A DNA stretch of 64,000 nucleotides, from NCBI GenBank assembly GCA_965153285.1, contig OZ229114.1; one strand, given 5' to 3'. The notes beneath the pieces were generated by a model, which did not search any database, was not told where the DNA came from, and saw only the letters and a program-made list of their open reading frames with translations. The translations under genes and the position numbers were made by a program. Of this stretch, positions 49,789-62,574 are shown piece after piece. Each line of letters starts with the position of its first letter. The first letter of the stretch is position 1. The stretch is from Podarcis tiliguerta. Taxonomy: Eukaryota.

Positions 49789-50070
49789 TCCCCACGACAG
49801 GGTGAGCTCCCGTTGCTCAGTCCCTACTCCTGCCAACCTAGCAGTTCGAAAGCACGTCAAAGTGCAAGTAGATAAATAGGTACCCCTCCGGCGGGAAGGT
49901 AAACGGCGTTTCCGTGTGCTGCTCTCGTTCACCAGAAGCGGCTTAGTCATGGTGGCCACATAACCCGGAAGCTGTATGCGGGTTCCCTCGGCCAATAAAG
50001 CAAGATGAGCGTCGCAACCCCAGAGTCGGTCACGACTGGACCTAATGGTCAGGGATCCCTTTACCTTTTA
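49789..50070 (+). mobile_element. 5'-truncated Sauria SINE (same subfamily as the 5395 copy)
   Basis: Aligns to about 5466-5746; direct repeat CACTTCTA at 49765-72 and 50071-78. Confidence 0.92.
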
Positions 50071-52784
50071 CACTTCTATGTACACCTAACTTGGCTAGAG
50101 AACTGCACCACAAAATTTAGAGAAGTGTTAATTTTGAATGATGGATGCGTTTAGGTTCTCAAGTTGTTTCAGGAAGTGTGAATTAAGTAGGCTTGCTTTC
50201 AAATGCAAACTGAAACAAATTTCCACCCTTCATCCCTAGTGGCCACTAACTGCTATTTTCCAACATTTTGGGTAGAGGAGGTGCTACATATGTTTACCTT
50301 CCTTAACTATTTGAGGTTGCCATGGGTTTTTCAAGTTTTTTTTAAAAAAAACCTTGCACTGCACACAATGGGACAAGGCTCTCTCCCCAGCTTCATACCA
50401 TCCACATACTTCCTGGAACACCATGGGAGCATCATGCCACTGTGTGGAGCACCGCCCTTATTTGTGAAGTTAGAGCTACCCCCACAAAATCCCTTTAGCC
50501 ACCTTGTAAGGTCAAGACAGGTAAGCAGTAGCCTCACCTCAAAATGTTGAGAGAATTTCTTTCTCATCGCATATTCTTTCAGAATGGCTTCATATTGTCT
50601 TTATTTCCCTCAGTGAAGGTCAAAAATAAGCTGGTTGGGTTTTTTGTTTTTGGCAAAGTTCTACGAAGCGCTGTTCTAAATATTTGGAATATGATTCACA
50701 ACTGTCTATGTCATTGGGGATGGAAAATCAGTTTGGTTTTTGTTTAAGTGGGAGACCTAGATAGTAACAAAATTTCTGGAGACAAGGATGCTGTTGAAGA
50801 TTCATGATGGTGCTGTGAATCTGGGATTGACTGTATGCTTATTCCAGTGCCCTTGGAATGTCTGCTTAGTTTACAAATGTACAATTTGTAAATGAATAGA
50901 TAACCATTACAAAAGCTCTATAAATCTCCAGTTCTCTCCCCTCTAAACCTCACTGTCCTCAACACCTTAAATGTTGCATTTTTGCTGCTTATTAATAACA
51001 GGGAATGAACAAATGATGGGGGTTTTGAAGTGACTGTAGTGCAAAGAACCTATGTACCCATGAGTAAAGGGTCTCTGCAATCACACAGGATGAACAGGGT
51101 GTGCAGCCCATATAGAGTTCCCACGTCTTAATTTGGCAAATTATGGACAGCCAGCCATTCACTGCACTAGTGGACAAGAGGAATAGGACATAAGAAGAGC
51201 TGAATACTTAGACAGATAAAAAGGGACAAGTGTCACACCAGCAGCTTGGAGTGGTGGGTTCCCTCTAATAATAAGCTCAGGTGGTGGAGTGCCAAGAGGA
51301 TTATAGCCAAAACAGGACTTCTGAGAAACAAGAGAGCATGCTTGGATGAATCTTGAGGTATGCAAAAGTATAAAACATTTTTAAAAGCTCTATGGGGACA
51401 AAAACAACGGCCCAATGAGGACAGAGCAGGCTCAGTGGCATCCAGGAGTCACAGAATGTTGAGTCCAGTTGGAAAAGGGAAATGGAAAATGGAGAGTGGG
51501 TGGGGAGGAGAGGACAAAGAACTGGCCTGCTTGAGTCCCTGACAACTTCCAATATGCTAGAGGAGGGCTGGAGTGCTGGAAAGAACCCTAAGCAGCATTA
51601 CTTCTGTTAGCAGGTGAGGGTACACTACAGCGTTATGCTTCAGGTTCCACTTGTTTTACCTAAACATGCCCAAATATTTAATGTCAAACCTGATGAAGGT
51701 TTTTATACTAATTGTCTTGGATGACCTGAAGGAAACCAAGGCCTATGTCTGCAAGCTGCTTTGCTCTTCTGCTCCAGATTATATCATGCAGTATCTTTTC
51801 TTCTTCATGTCAGGCTGACAGGATTTCTAAACAGTCAACTTTTTTGTGGTACTTCCTTGGGAAGGACAGAGAATCTGCAGCAAACATCCTCCCCCTTTTT
51901 TTTTCTTCTGAGGTGCTGCAACATCTGAAATGATAGTGCTGCTGACTGGCACACACACAACATACATTTGGCGTTTGAAAAAGCCCTAGTTCTGTCTGGG
52001 GCAAAGCAAATAAGAATATGATATTTCCATTGCAATCTGTTCTGGGCTACCACTTACCTCTGCCCAAACATAAAAAGAACTGATGTAATGCTTTTCTGGA
52101 TAGGAGCAAACGAAAACAGCACCACAGATTAAAGTAAACGTTTGAGGGTCCCCTCGCACCTGCTTTCCTCAATTATTTTTTATGAGGCTTCCCCTTTAGA
52201 TAATAGAAGGCTGCAATCAGGAAATGGTGGACCTGGCCCAACACAACGCATCTGGCCGCCTAGGACACAGCTGGTGCAGTTAACCACATTTCCACGTGTA
52301 TCTTTCCTGAACGCACCAATCACAGCTGTCAGCAACAAAACAGAAAATGGTTCCAGAAAATACCAGAAAGGTCCAGCTGCAAATGTTGAGCTTGCCTAGC
52401 CAGCCTTCACAATGTTAGTATAAATTATAGTAAACAATTCCCCCCCCCCCCCGCTGTCTTGGAACATGTGTGGGCTCTTTCCACAGAGTGCCAGGGGGAA
52501 AAACCCGCCCTGCTATTTCTTATTTGCATATATTAATTTCTGTAAAGTTTGTACTTCTAAACTGGGCCTTTGGCTCACATAGAGGATGGGATTTCTTCCT
52601 TTCTTCTAGTCCAGGAAGAGCAGGGGTGGAAGTTAGAGAGGGATAACTTGGACTAATTTCCAACCAACCACATGGCAAACTTGTTGTCAGGGCAAAATAC
52701 CTTGGTTAGGGAGGTGTTTCCAGGGGACATAGGGTTTTTTTAGGACACGGTAATGAAGTGATGAGCTGGAAAGAGCTGACTCAC

Positions 52785-52811
52785 CTTCTCTCCAGGTTGC
52801 CCCTTTAGTCC
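52785..52811 (-). CDS. COL13A1: COL13A1 exon, 27 nt, GLKGQPGEK (COL1, cassette-type)
   Basis: cccag|GGA...AAG|gtgagt; matches the mammalian alternative exon GVKGQPGEK. Confidence 0.9.
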
Positions 52812-55800
52812 CTGGGCCACCATTTACACCAGTCGCAGCCACATGCAAGAGGGTGAAGGAAGAGAGAAAGAGAGACACAAACACAGGAGTCAGTGTTAAG
52901 GCACACTAAGCCCCCAAACAACATAGATGCACACACAGAAGCACACACACAAAAATCCCCATGTGACAAACATTGAAACATGCTTTGTTTAATGCTCACG
53001 CACAAGCACAGTGGATGGCAACATTTGCTTCAGACTCCCTCCCATTTAAACCACTTTTAAGAATCCCCGTCTCTGGATAGGGGAGTGCATCATATGGTGA
53101 AAAACTGTTCCTGAAACGTACCATAAGGGTTCGCATGAAAGAATGTCTATATTTCTCTTTTTTAAAATCTACATACGTAGAAAACTAGTATGCCTGGGAG
53201 ATGTGTTCCAGCCCGGCCTTATCAATAAGATGCTACTTTTTATGTTTAGGAATTTTATATGTGTGGGACAGAGGGCACATTCAGCCATGCAGTTGCTCAT
53301 CTGCAGTCTGAAGTGGTACGGAACAGGGATTGTTTTGCATCATGATTAACTCTTTGTCCAAAGACCCTAAAGAAGCCTAAGAAGGCGGCAGGAGCTGCTG
53401 CAGCTGAAGCTAGGAACCCAGCTTAAGTTCAAGGATGGCAAAACAAATGGTATGCGTTAGCAGTAAGCTCATAGAGTTAGCTAGGCTGGGCTAGATTTAA
53501 GCTCAAAAGTCAGCAATGGGGAAGGAGCAAGAGATTTGGCAAGGTTCCTTAGACCCACCACAATCAAGAAAGATTTACTGTTTGGAAGATCAGTTCTGAT
53601 GGCGTCACTTAATGCAAGTTCACCCCATCCTAGCCAATGCCACAATAACCAGAATAAAAGCATCCCTTTGGCAAGGTAATCTGTTGTTACCACCCAACAC
53701 ACCACTGAAGCACGAGCATTTGACCAATTATAAACAAATATTAACCTGAATACTAGAGCTGAACTGCAGACTACTCTTCAGTTGATGGTATGTTAAAAAG
53801 AACCCGAATGCCAACACCATTCTCAACAGTTTTTCCTTGATATTCCCAAGGATATATGTATTTGTTTTGCAGACTCAGAAGTCAACTCATAGCCAAAAGC
53901 TGCTGAAGTGGTGTACAATAAGATAAAATAAAATCCAGAAGACACAGACTTCATAAACTGAAAACAAGAAAACGACTTCTACAATGGTATACTTAACATT
54001 CCATAAAAGACACTGCAGCCTTCATGGATTTATCGTATAGTCAATTTGCTCTTTTACTTAACACATTTCCCCTAACATTCTATTTAAATTCACTGCCCTC
54101 CATTTTAAACTTGTTGTTTCTTGCATTTCTTGTGAAGAATGTGGAAATTCTCACTTGGTTTGACATCTTCTTTCTAATAACAACTTTCAGATATTTGAAA
54201 TTTGTCAATGCATTTCTCTAGTGGAGGCTAAACATGCACAGGTCTCTCAGTCTGGCTTCATATGACCTGATCTTCTAGACCTTTTGTAATTCATGTAGCT
54301 ATTCTGTAAATTTTCTCCCATTTCTCAAGACTTTTAAAAACAACAACTGATACCCAGAACTAAAGAATACTTCCAATATTGTGCAGCTTTGGCCACCATG
54401 AAATATAGCTGCATGCAAGATTATATGACCAACACCCACTAGAAATTTCCACCTATCAACACTCTTTCCAGAAGTGTTGTGCTGTGTTTCCTCAAAAATA
54501 CAACCAAGTCTTGCACGACTACTTGGATGTCAGATGTCCCATCATTTGGGGCAACATCACAGGTGATGGAGTGAAGTTTTTGATCATTCTATTTATATTT
54601 GCTAATTAACTTGCTGATTTGAAAAGTTCCTGGTCTTGGTGGCCTTTGTAGAGTACATTTTCAAATGCTCTGGTCTTTATCATTTGGTTATTTACTTGAA
54701 ATGTTCATGTTTTGACTTCTAATTGGCGTGCATTTGATGTATTACAACATAGATAATTTGGAATCAACCTATGAGGCAGACCATGGGCAGAAGCTTGAGT
54801 GTATCTTGACTGAACCAGGAATGAGGGTGCCAATTGTTGCATTTATTTTATGCCTTTTTTTGTACATTGGAAAAAGTTTCATTGTTTTTCTCCTTAACTA
54901 GGGGGAAGCTCATTCTGTCAATATTTGAGATTCAAGTTTGAGGTATGTCAAACAAAAACATTTTCTCACATCTACAACACATCCAGGTGCATGGTGCCTT
55001 TGGAATTATTAGTTTTTATGCATGTTACTGGAAATGCACACAGACTGACATGCACTTGTATGCATTATAGAGGACAACACTTCTTTGGTCAGTGAGTGTG
55101 GGAATATATTCTTGCAGTGTTGTTTCTTAACTACAGGAAAGCAGCAGAGTGTACTCCCCCAATCTCTAAATTACAGGTTGCAGACACTTCTTTGGGAGGT
55201 GATGTGACAAGAGAACATTTAGCAGTGGTTAGCATTAAATTGAAACATGTTCCACCTTTATGGTGTTGACATTGCTATGTTGTCCCAAGAGAACAATGCT
55301 CATCCTTAGGCCAAAAATGCATAACTGTTTAATCTTTGCAGTTATTTACACCCTTTTCCAACTCTGGGAAGGCTGTAAGAAAGTAATCTGTTTTAGAAGC
55401 AATCCTTCCCTGCCACACACACCCATTACTCCTGTTTCAGCTGAAAACCTGGTGCTATAGGGCCTATAGTACAGACAATCCTCCAAACAGATCAGTTTCT
55501 TTTTCACATCCCACCATTAATTTATGCTCAGCGAGTTTCCATGTAAGTTCTCTTCCTCAGTTAATTAAAGATCCCTGCAGTTTTATGCAACAGAAGCATC
55601 TAGTCATTGAGATTTCCTCTGCCTCTTGCTATGAAGCTCTCAGCAATCAAATCAGTTATTTAATTTTTTAATAGTAGCTGCTTCATGCTTTGCCTTTTGC
55701 ACAGCCAAACTAGAAATGGACCCAGAGTCATTATTACCCTGAGATAATGACGATATCATGCCTCCCCCACAAAGGGGCCATGGATAGCAAAGGGTTTAGA

Positions 55801-55840
55801 AGCAGGTGTGTCAGGTAATTGCAAGAGGTTTAAGACTCAC

Positions 55841-55876
55841 CGGTAGTCCACGGATCCCCATGGCGCCTTTGTCTCC
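55841..55876 (-). CDS. COL13A1: COL13A1 exon, 36 nt, GDKGAMGIRGLP (COL1)
   Basis: gttag|GGA...CCG|gtgagt; human counterpart GDKGAIGMPGRV. Confidence 0.92.
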
Positions 55877-56281
55877 CTAACAATTAATGCAAAATCAGAG
55901 GGCAGTTGGAAACTGGCCATAGGTGGTGCTATAATGTGACACAAATGAGCTTTTACTTGGCGTTTCAAGCAGCTGCATTGGTTAATTTAAAATTTATGTA
56001 ATTGGTTTAGATGTTTGTGTGTTAGGTTGAAAATACAGAAGTTTGCGTATTTTATGGAATCTGAAGTGGAAACTATGTGGTTGGAGCATCTTCAATGCAA
56101 CGGTATAAATCTGCTTGCATGGTCTTGTGTGCGTATAGGTGTATGTCTAAATATTTTTTAAAGATGTCTATAAGTACGTAAGTATAGCTGTGCAGAAAAT
56201 TGATAAAGAAACATACATGGTGTCATTATATAGAAACATTTTATAGTTTCACAAATTTGCAATATTGCATAACACATCAAA

Positions 56282-56386
56282 GAACATAAGAACAAAACAT
56301 AAGAAGAGCCTGCTGGATCAGGCCAAAGCCCCAACTAGTCCAGCATCCTGTTATCACAGTGGCCAACTAGATGCCTATGGGAAACC
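56282..56386 (-). mobile_element. CR1-clade 3' UTR fragment with (TTCTTATG)n tail
   Basis: AACATAAGAAGAGCCTGCTGGATCAGGCCAA...TAGTCCAGCATCCTG. Confidence 0.65.
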
Positions 56387-56468
56387 AAGGGAAGAAGAAA
56401 ATGAGCCCTCTCGTAGTCTAATGACATATTCTGTTTAGCAGTATATTTCCTGATCCATTAGTATAATA

Positions 56469-56722
56469 CAGTGGTACCTCAGGTTAAGAACTTAATTCGT
56501 TCTGGAGGCCTGTTCTTAACCTGAAACTGTTCTTAACCTGAGGTACCACTTCAGCTAATGGGGCCTCCTGCTGCTGCTGCTGTTGCTGCTGTGCCGCTGC
56601 TGCATGATTTCTGTTCTCATTCTGAAGCAAAGTTCTTAACCCGAGGTACTATTTCTGGGTTAGCGGAGTCTGTAACCTGAAGCGTATGTAACCTGTAGCG
56701 TATGTAACCTGAGGTACCACTG
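56469..56722. mobile_element. Tc1/mariner (pogo/Tigger-type) MITE with internal (CTG)n
   Basis: 18-bp TIR CAGTGGTACCTCAGGTTA, TA TSDs at 56467-68 and 56723-24; related to 7885-8096. Confidence 0.92.
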
Positions 56723-57167
56723 TAAGTGGTAGCCCATTGGTGCTTAAATTGTGTTTTATTTTGGATCCCTTGCTTGTTTGTTGTGAATCATTATTATGTC
56801 ACCATGTGGGGAAGGTATTTGAAAGGCTTATGATTATTAATCACCTGCTGTTCTTTGCTTCCATTGCTATTTGTGTGATGGAGAATCACACATTAGCAGA
56901 AGGGTCTTTTTTTAAAAAAAAACAAACTTGCACTGTCAAAGAAATAAGCAGCTTCTCTGTGGCTTGCCTCTTCAGCCTGAGGTAGAACTACTAACATGAA
57001 TCTATAGCTCTTTAGCATTTTCCTTTTTTATTAACAGTGTGGCATCAACATGCCCCTGAAAAATGCACCAGAAGCCCTTGAATCACAGCTAGAGAACCCT
57101 TGTATCAGTTAATTTGAGAAAATCAGTTCTACACTTTTTCAAAATTTTGTTCAAGATATTACTAAGG

Positions 57168-57331
57168 CAAAGGATGATTTAGGGGAGTACGGCCAGTTTG
57201 GTCACACTGGGTGTGGAGCCTCAGGGATGCCGCAACTATGATTTACAATGGAGCGCAAGAAGGGAAGGGGTGCCAAATTTTGGTGTCACACAGGGTGCTG
57301 CTGAAATTTGACACCCCAAGGCCTGCCACTG
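57168..57331 (-). mobile_element. MITE with 7-bp TSD (family shared with 62731-63054)
   Basis: ACTAAGG at 57161-67 and 57332-38; termini homologous to the 62731 copy in opposite orientation. Confidence 0.7.
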
Positions 57332-58796
57332 ACTAAGGGGCATAGAAATTACTTGCTTTAAATGTGCATGTTGTAAGCTGGGGAAAAAGTTGCACTTTCA
57401 GATCTTCCTGGCTGCAGTCCTAACTATGTCTACTAAGAAATCACTGGGGATTACTCCCAGCTAATGAGCAGGATTGCAACCTCATAGTGGATGCATGTCT
57501 ACTTAGAATTAAGTCCCACTAAGTTCATTTAAAATTACTCCTAGGTAAGGATGTATACGAGAGTCACGAAGTACATTCTAGCATTTATGAGTCTTATGTC
57601 TGGTAATGGACTCTCTATTTTGAACAATGTGCATTGCATCATGCCCTGCCCTCTCTGTGCAAAAACATTCATATATATCTTTGCAACCCTAAAGGCTAGC
57701 AACATGCTTTTAGACAATGAAATAAAGCTGATCTTATCAAGAAGTTGAATTCTGAACCCAATACTGCCTTCCAGATTCCTCTTGAATTGCACCACACACA
57801 CATCCCTGCCTATGATGTTCAGAATAAATTACTGATGCTTAAGAGAGCAGGGTGCCTATCATGTAATGCCAAGAAACACACTCACTCATGAGTAATGTTT
57901 ATACCCCTCACAGTGCATTGGCACAACCTTCATAGCTTAATAAGTCAGCATGGTTTGCCTGGCTGCCTGCCTACCATGTGTTTCTAAGGTTTTCATCACC
58001 AAAGCAGCCAACACACTATACAACCGCATGAAAAACAAGGGCCTATCTTGATGTTATTATCCCCTAAGATTCCACAAAGTGTGCTTAGGTCCCTTATTTT
58101 TATTTCTTTGCATTTGAAAGTCACACTTGAGGGATATTTTATCCAAAGGTGTCATATCTAAGATCTGAACTACCTTCAAGTCTGACCCTTGTATAGTCTT
58201 TCTAGAGAAGAACTTTCCAAACTGATTTCTGAAGCTGAACACATTTTACTCCCAAATTTCAGAAAATTAATCCGAAAGCTCCCTAATTATCAAAGCTGAA
58301 CCTTTTGGGTTAATTCAAATTGAAATCAAGAAATAAAAAGTAGGAGAGCTTCTTACTTGACATTTTGAATTGAGGTATAGATACCTGAGTACAAGACATG
58401 CACACACTATTTGTACGTGCCTTGATAAACAGCTCAGTTTTTCCAGATGTTTTTCCATTATCATGTCCATGTATATAACAAGGTTTTTGTTTTTTAATGT
58501 GCGAAGGCATGCTTTGCAATTGATGGATGCCCAGTCATATATCTTGAGCTCAGATATTTATACACACTGACAAAACAGCAAGCAAGAACAGAACTAAATG
58601 TTATGCTTTTCAGACTGAGCTGCCAACAAAAATGATACACCGGCTTCAAGTTCTCCCACTCGTCCCTGTTATGTTTAGGCATATTGAGCAGAATCAAGAC
58701 ATCATCATGTTATACATTTCCCCAGCCCTTGACTGTGGTGTAGGCTGTGTTGTTGGCAGGCCAGGGTAGATGACTATCATGGGTGTCTTTGTACAT

Positions 58797-58995
58797 TAAT
58801 AATAATAATAATTTTATTATATATACCCCACCCATCTGGCTGGGTTTCCTCAGTCACTCTGGGAAGCTTACAGCACATAGAAAAACATAATAAAACGTCA
58901 AACATTAAAAACTTCCTGATACAGGGCTACCTTCAGATGTCCTCTAAAAGTTGTATAGTTCTTTTTCTCCTTTACATCTGATGGGATGGCGTTTC
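58797..58995 (-). mobile_element. LINE 3' end (L2-like) with (TTA)n tail
   Basis: TAATAATAATAATTTTATT...CCCCACCCATCTGGCTGGGTTTCCTCAGTCACTCTGGG. Confidence 0.65.
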
Positions 58996-60184
58996 TAAAA
59001 CTTTTGGGGCGAAAACTCAACAAGAGACTATGGTTTTTGGCACCAACCCCATGTTGGAGCTAAAATTGACTTCTGCCCTGAGAAATGTCCCTTTAATGAA
59101 AAAGAGAACTGACTTCCAATATCATATTCCCATACTTACAGTGAAAAACAGTGGTACATTTATTGTGGTTATAGTTGTTCATATAGATAGGCTCTTTCGC
59201 TTTCCCCTGAGTGAACTAGCTTCTGAAGTCAGTAACTTATCATTAGATTAGATTAGAGGGGGAAATGTCAGTCCTCCAGTATGAAGTCCCTCTGGCATAT
59301 TTTTTGTGACCCATCATGTCCACAGACTATCACTAATACCTGATTTCCATGTGGATTAGCATTAGGTATATGTTTACAAATCCCATAAAAAGTGACCGGC
59401 ACCATGCTGGTTTTGTTTTTAATCTCTGATAATAAGACTATTCATATAAACAAGCTTAGAGGGGAAAGAAGAATGCAAGCTGTCAACAAGGTGGGAAAAG
59501 AATATTTACATCTTTTGCTGTTTGAGAGGAACTACAAATAGGAATGGGGGATGTGTCCATTAAGAAGAGATTTAATGAACTAGCCATGTTCCTACCTAGG
59601 ATAATGGAATGGATTCTGATAACAGATCCTATCCCAGCTAGGCAAATGCAAAACCACCCAAGGCAAGCTAGGTACACCTTCCATTCCAGCAGTGACATCT
59701 AGTTACAGAGGGGCAGAAAGTGGTCAAGTGACCGCCAATGCTGGTTGTGAGAGAGGGGTGCCTGTGATCCATGACCTGGTGGAAGCAGCCAAAACAATAG
59801 TGCCTCACACGTAGCACTGTGCAGCTGTTTTGGTGACTGGCTAGTTCACCATACCCATGTGGATATTACAGACTAATTACACAATTGGCCCAAAATTACC
59901 AGCACATGGCTTCATGAGTATCTCTTGCCCAGGCTACTCCCACAGATGTTGGTTGGTAAGCCCCAGATGTTCCCCTCCCATTTGACAGCTGCTTAGTGGT
60001 ATTGTTTTCCATACCCTCTTATCAGCCACTACTACTTCCAGGAAGTGAAATCAATGGTGGCAATGAAACTTATATCAACCAGATCAAGAGATTTTAGGTA
60101 GCAGAAGTGGGGAAGCTCCTGCAAGCTTCTAAAATCAGGGTCACAATCAACATGCTTCCAATCACAGCACTAGACAACATTGAC

Positions 60185-60311
60185 CAGGGGTAGCCAGCCA
60201 ACTGTCCTTGGATTACAATCCCTATCAGCCCCAGCCAACAGGGCCAATGGTCAGAGGTGGTGGAAACTACAGTTCAGCAACATATGAAGGGCACTGTGTT
60301 GGGTACCCCTG
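60185..60311. mobile_element. hAT-type MITE, degenerate
   Basis: TIR CAGGGGTA(G/C)CCA; TSD ACATTGAC/ACATAGAC (7/8). Confidence 0.75.
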
Positions 60312-61281
60312 ACATAGACAATGGGGTGTCCAATATGAGGCAACTTTTATATTCTTAACTGTGCTATAAATGTGACTGGCAGCTTCCCAAAATGCCAGTG
60401 TCTGAATGTGGGCTGGAAGGATGTGTCTTCTCTGTCATTATATTTTCCTGATGCTTGGTTTGTGCTAAACCCAAGCCATAAAATGCATGGTTTTTTTGCT
60501 CAAGGAATGTTGTGCCACAAATTCCTGAAGGAAATCAACCCACAACACCAAAAAATCTAATGAACTGGAGCTTCCATTGCACATGGGCCAAACAGGTCAG
60601 CTCTCTATTTCTGCATCACTAAGAACACATTCCTCACACAATGGTATTTGTTCAACTGAACCTGCAAATCCTTTCCACGATTAAATAATATAGGACAGAT
60701 TTACATCTCTGCCTACTCACAAGTCAATGCTGGGTATGCCAAGAATCTGAAAACTCCTGAGAGCTTTATTATATGACTTGTAAGTAGACCAAGATATAGA
60801 TCCTTTGTATGTTTCTGCAGGAGTGGCTTGCAGAAGCAACTCCAAGAATGAAAACTGCAATGTGGGAAGAAAATACCCTAAGTGCTATGAGCTCATCTGA
60901 AATCAAAAGAACTTCTTAAAGGAAATGTGTGCTCTCCATTACAAGAAAGACTTGGGGAATTCTATACTTAGAACCTTTGTCCTGACATTGGGTCAGTCTG
61001 CATGTCCCACTGAAACCCAGTTCTCTTTACAGCAGAAGAGGTGAACATGGCACCCTTCCGATGTTACTGGACTGAGCAGTAGCCATGCTGGCTGAGGATG
61101 AAGCTGATGTGAGTCCAAAACCATCTAAAGGGTACTATATCGTCTACACCTATTGTCTGACAATATGTTCTTTTGCAATGGGTAGCCAGCTATCTCCTCC
61201 CCAGTATTCACAGACTTTAGGCAGCTGGCAAGAAAGGAAGAAGAGAGGAGGAGAAACACAAAAAGGGGAAAAAATATTTAC

Positions 61282-61308
61282 CGGAAGCCCAGGTCTTCCT
61301 GAAGGACC
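61282..61308 (-). CDS. COL13A1: COL13A1 exon, 27 nt, GPSGRPGLP (COL1)
   Basis: tttcag|GGT...CCG|gtaaat; human counterpart GPTGRPGLP. Confidence 0.93.
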
Positions 61309-62574
61309 CTGAAAAGAAACACAGCAAAGGACAAGTTGGCACAAGGAGCATGGGCAATTGGATTGGTACAGAGAAACAATAAAGACATAAGCTAACTGAA
61401 TCTTGGATGTGAAGAATACCACTCCAGTGGCGGTAGAGCACATTCTTTGGGCAGAGAAGGTGCCCTATGTTTAATTTGTGGCATCTCCAGTTAAGTGATC
61501 ATAGACAGGAAAGCTAGGAGTTTCCAGACACTCTGGCAAGCTATTGGAAGTCAGAGTAGACAAGACTGGGCCAGATACAACTGACTTGGCGCAGTTAGCC
61601 TTGTGTATCCTAGACAAAGATGTGAGGCTCACTAAAGAAGGATATGTAGCTTGTTGAGTACAACTGTGAACCACACCCGCTGCTACTATTCACTCCCACT
61701 GCTGTGCAGTCAGCAGGTGTATTTCTGCACTGGGATTAACTGGCATTATTAGTCCATGTAGATTCACTCTAGCATAGGAGAGTATGTGCAGCGAACAAGC
61801 ACAGAACAAGCACACCCTACGTGAGTGAGAAGGAGAGTGCTTGGATAAACGACAGCTATTTGCTCAAATATGTTGTAGTCTTTCAAAAGAGCCAGTTGTT
61901 CAAATATGTTGTCGGCGTGACTCCTCTTCAGGCGTGACCGATTCAAAGGAAAGTTACAATAAAAGAAGGAGCTAAAGAGATCCTTTCTCTCTTCCCCCCA
62001 CCCTGTGTCTAAGCACGCACACACATGATGGATGATGGCAGGCGGACTATATTGTATCAATAGTATAGGTCGCTGCTGGAAACAATTTGTGTAAAAAACT
62101 GGAATGCAGAACTCTTAAGCACATCAACTGTCCAATCCTATTTACTAGCGGGGAGCCAAAATGCCCCACAACTTGACCACCCTGGCTGTAAACTGCAAAG
62201 TTGGGGGGAGGGGATGTTTAGTGATTTATAAGGGACACAAACATATGCAAAATGCTTGCTCCATTTGCTACAATAGCTTCTAAACTCCCTGCTTCTGCCT
62301 GGCAGTTTCCTGTGTGCTTCCTACTCAGAAGATGCCAGCGTGAGAGCAGAGGGAAATATTCCTCACTCTGAATTGGCTTTAGAATGATACCACATATAAT
62401 CATAAACAAGTGGCAACAGCTGTGAAAGCAGGTGAAGCGTGTGTGTGTGGTTTCATGAAACTTCTGCCTGTTCCTCTCCAAAACCCCATGTTTGAGCCAG
62501 AAAAGGAATCAATAAAACCTTTGGCTCAGCTCTAAATTTCTTCAGGCACATGTACTCCCTTGTGTTAAAACAGA

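Larger units (their letters stand above)
1369..61308 (-). other. COL13A1: COL13A1 gene body (partial; 28 internal coding exons, COL1-NC2-COL2-NC3-start of COL3)
   Basis: Chain of phase-0 GT-AG exons whose peptides match collagen XIII hallmarks in the expected order: [100 protein letters not shown]. These fit COL13A1 rather than COL23A1 or COL25A1 (recalled sequences). Confidence 0.96.
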
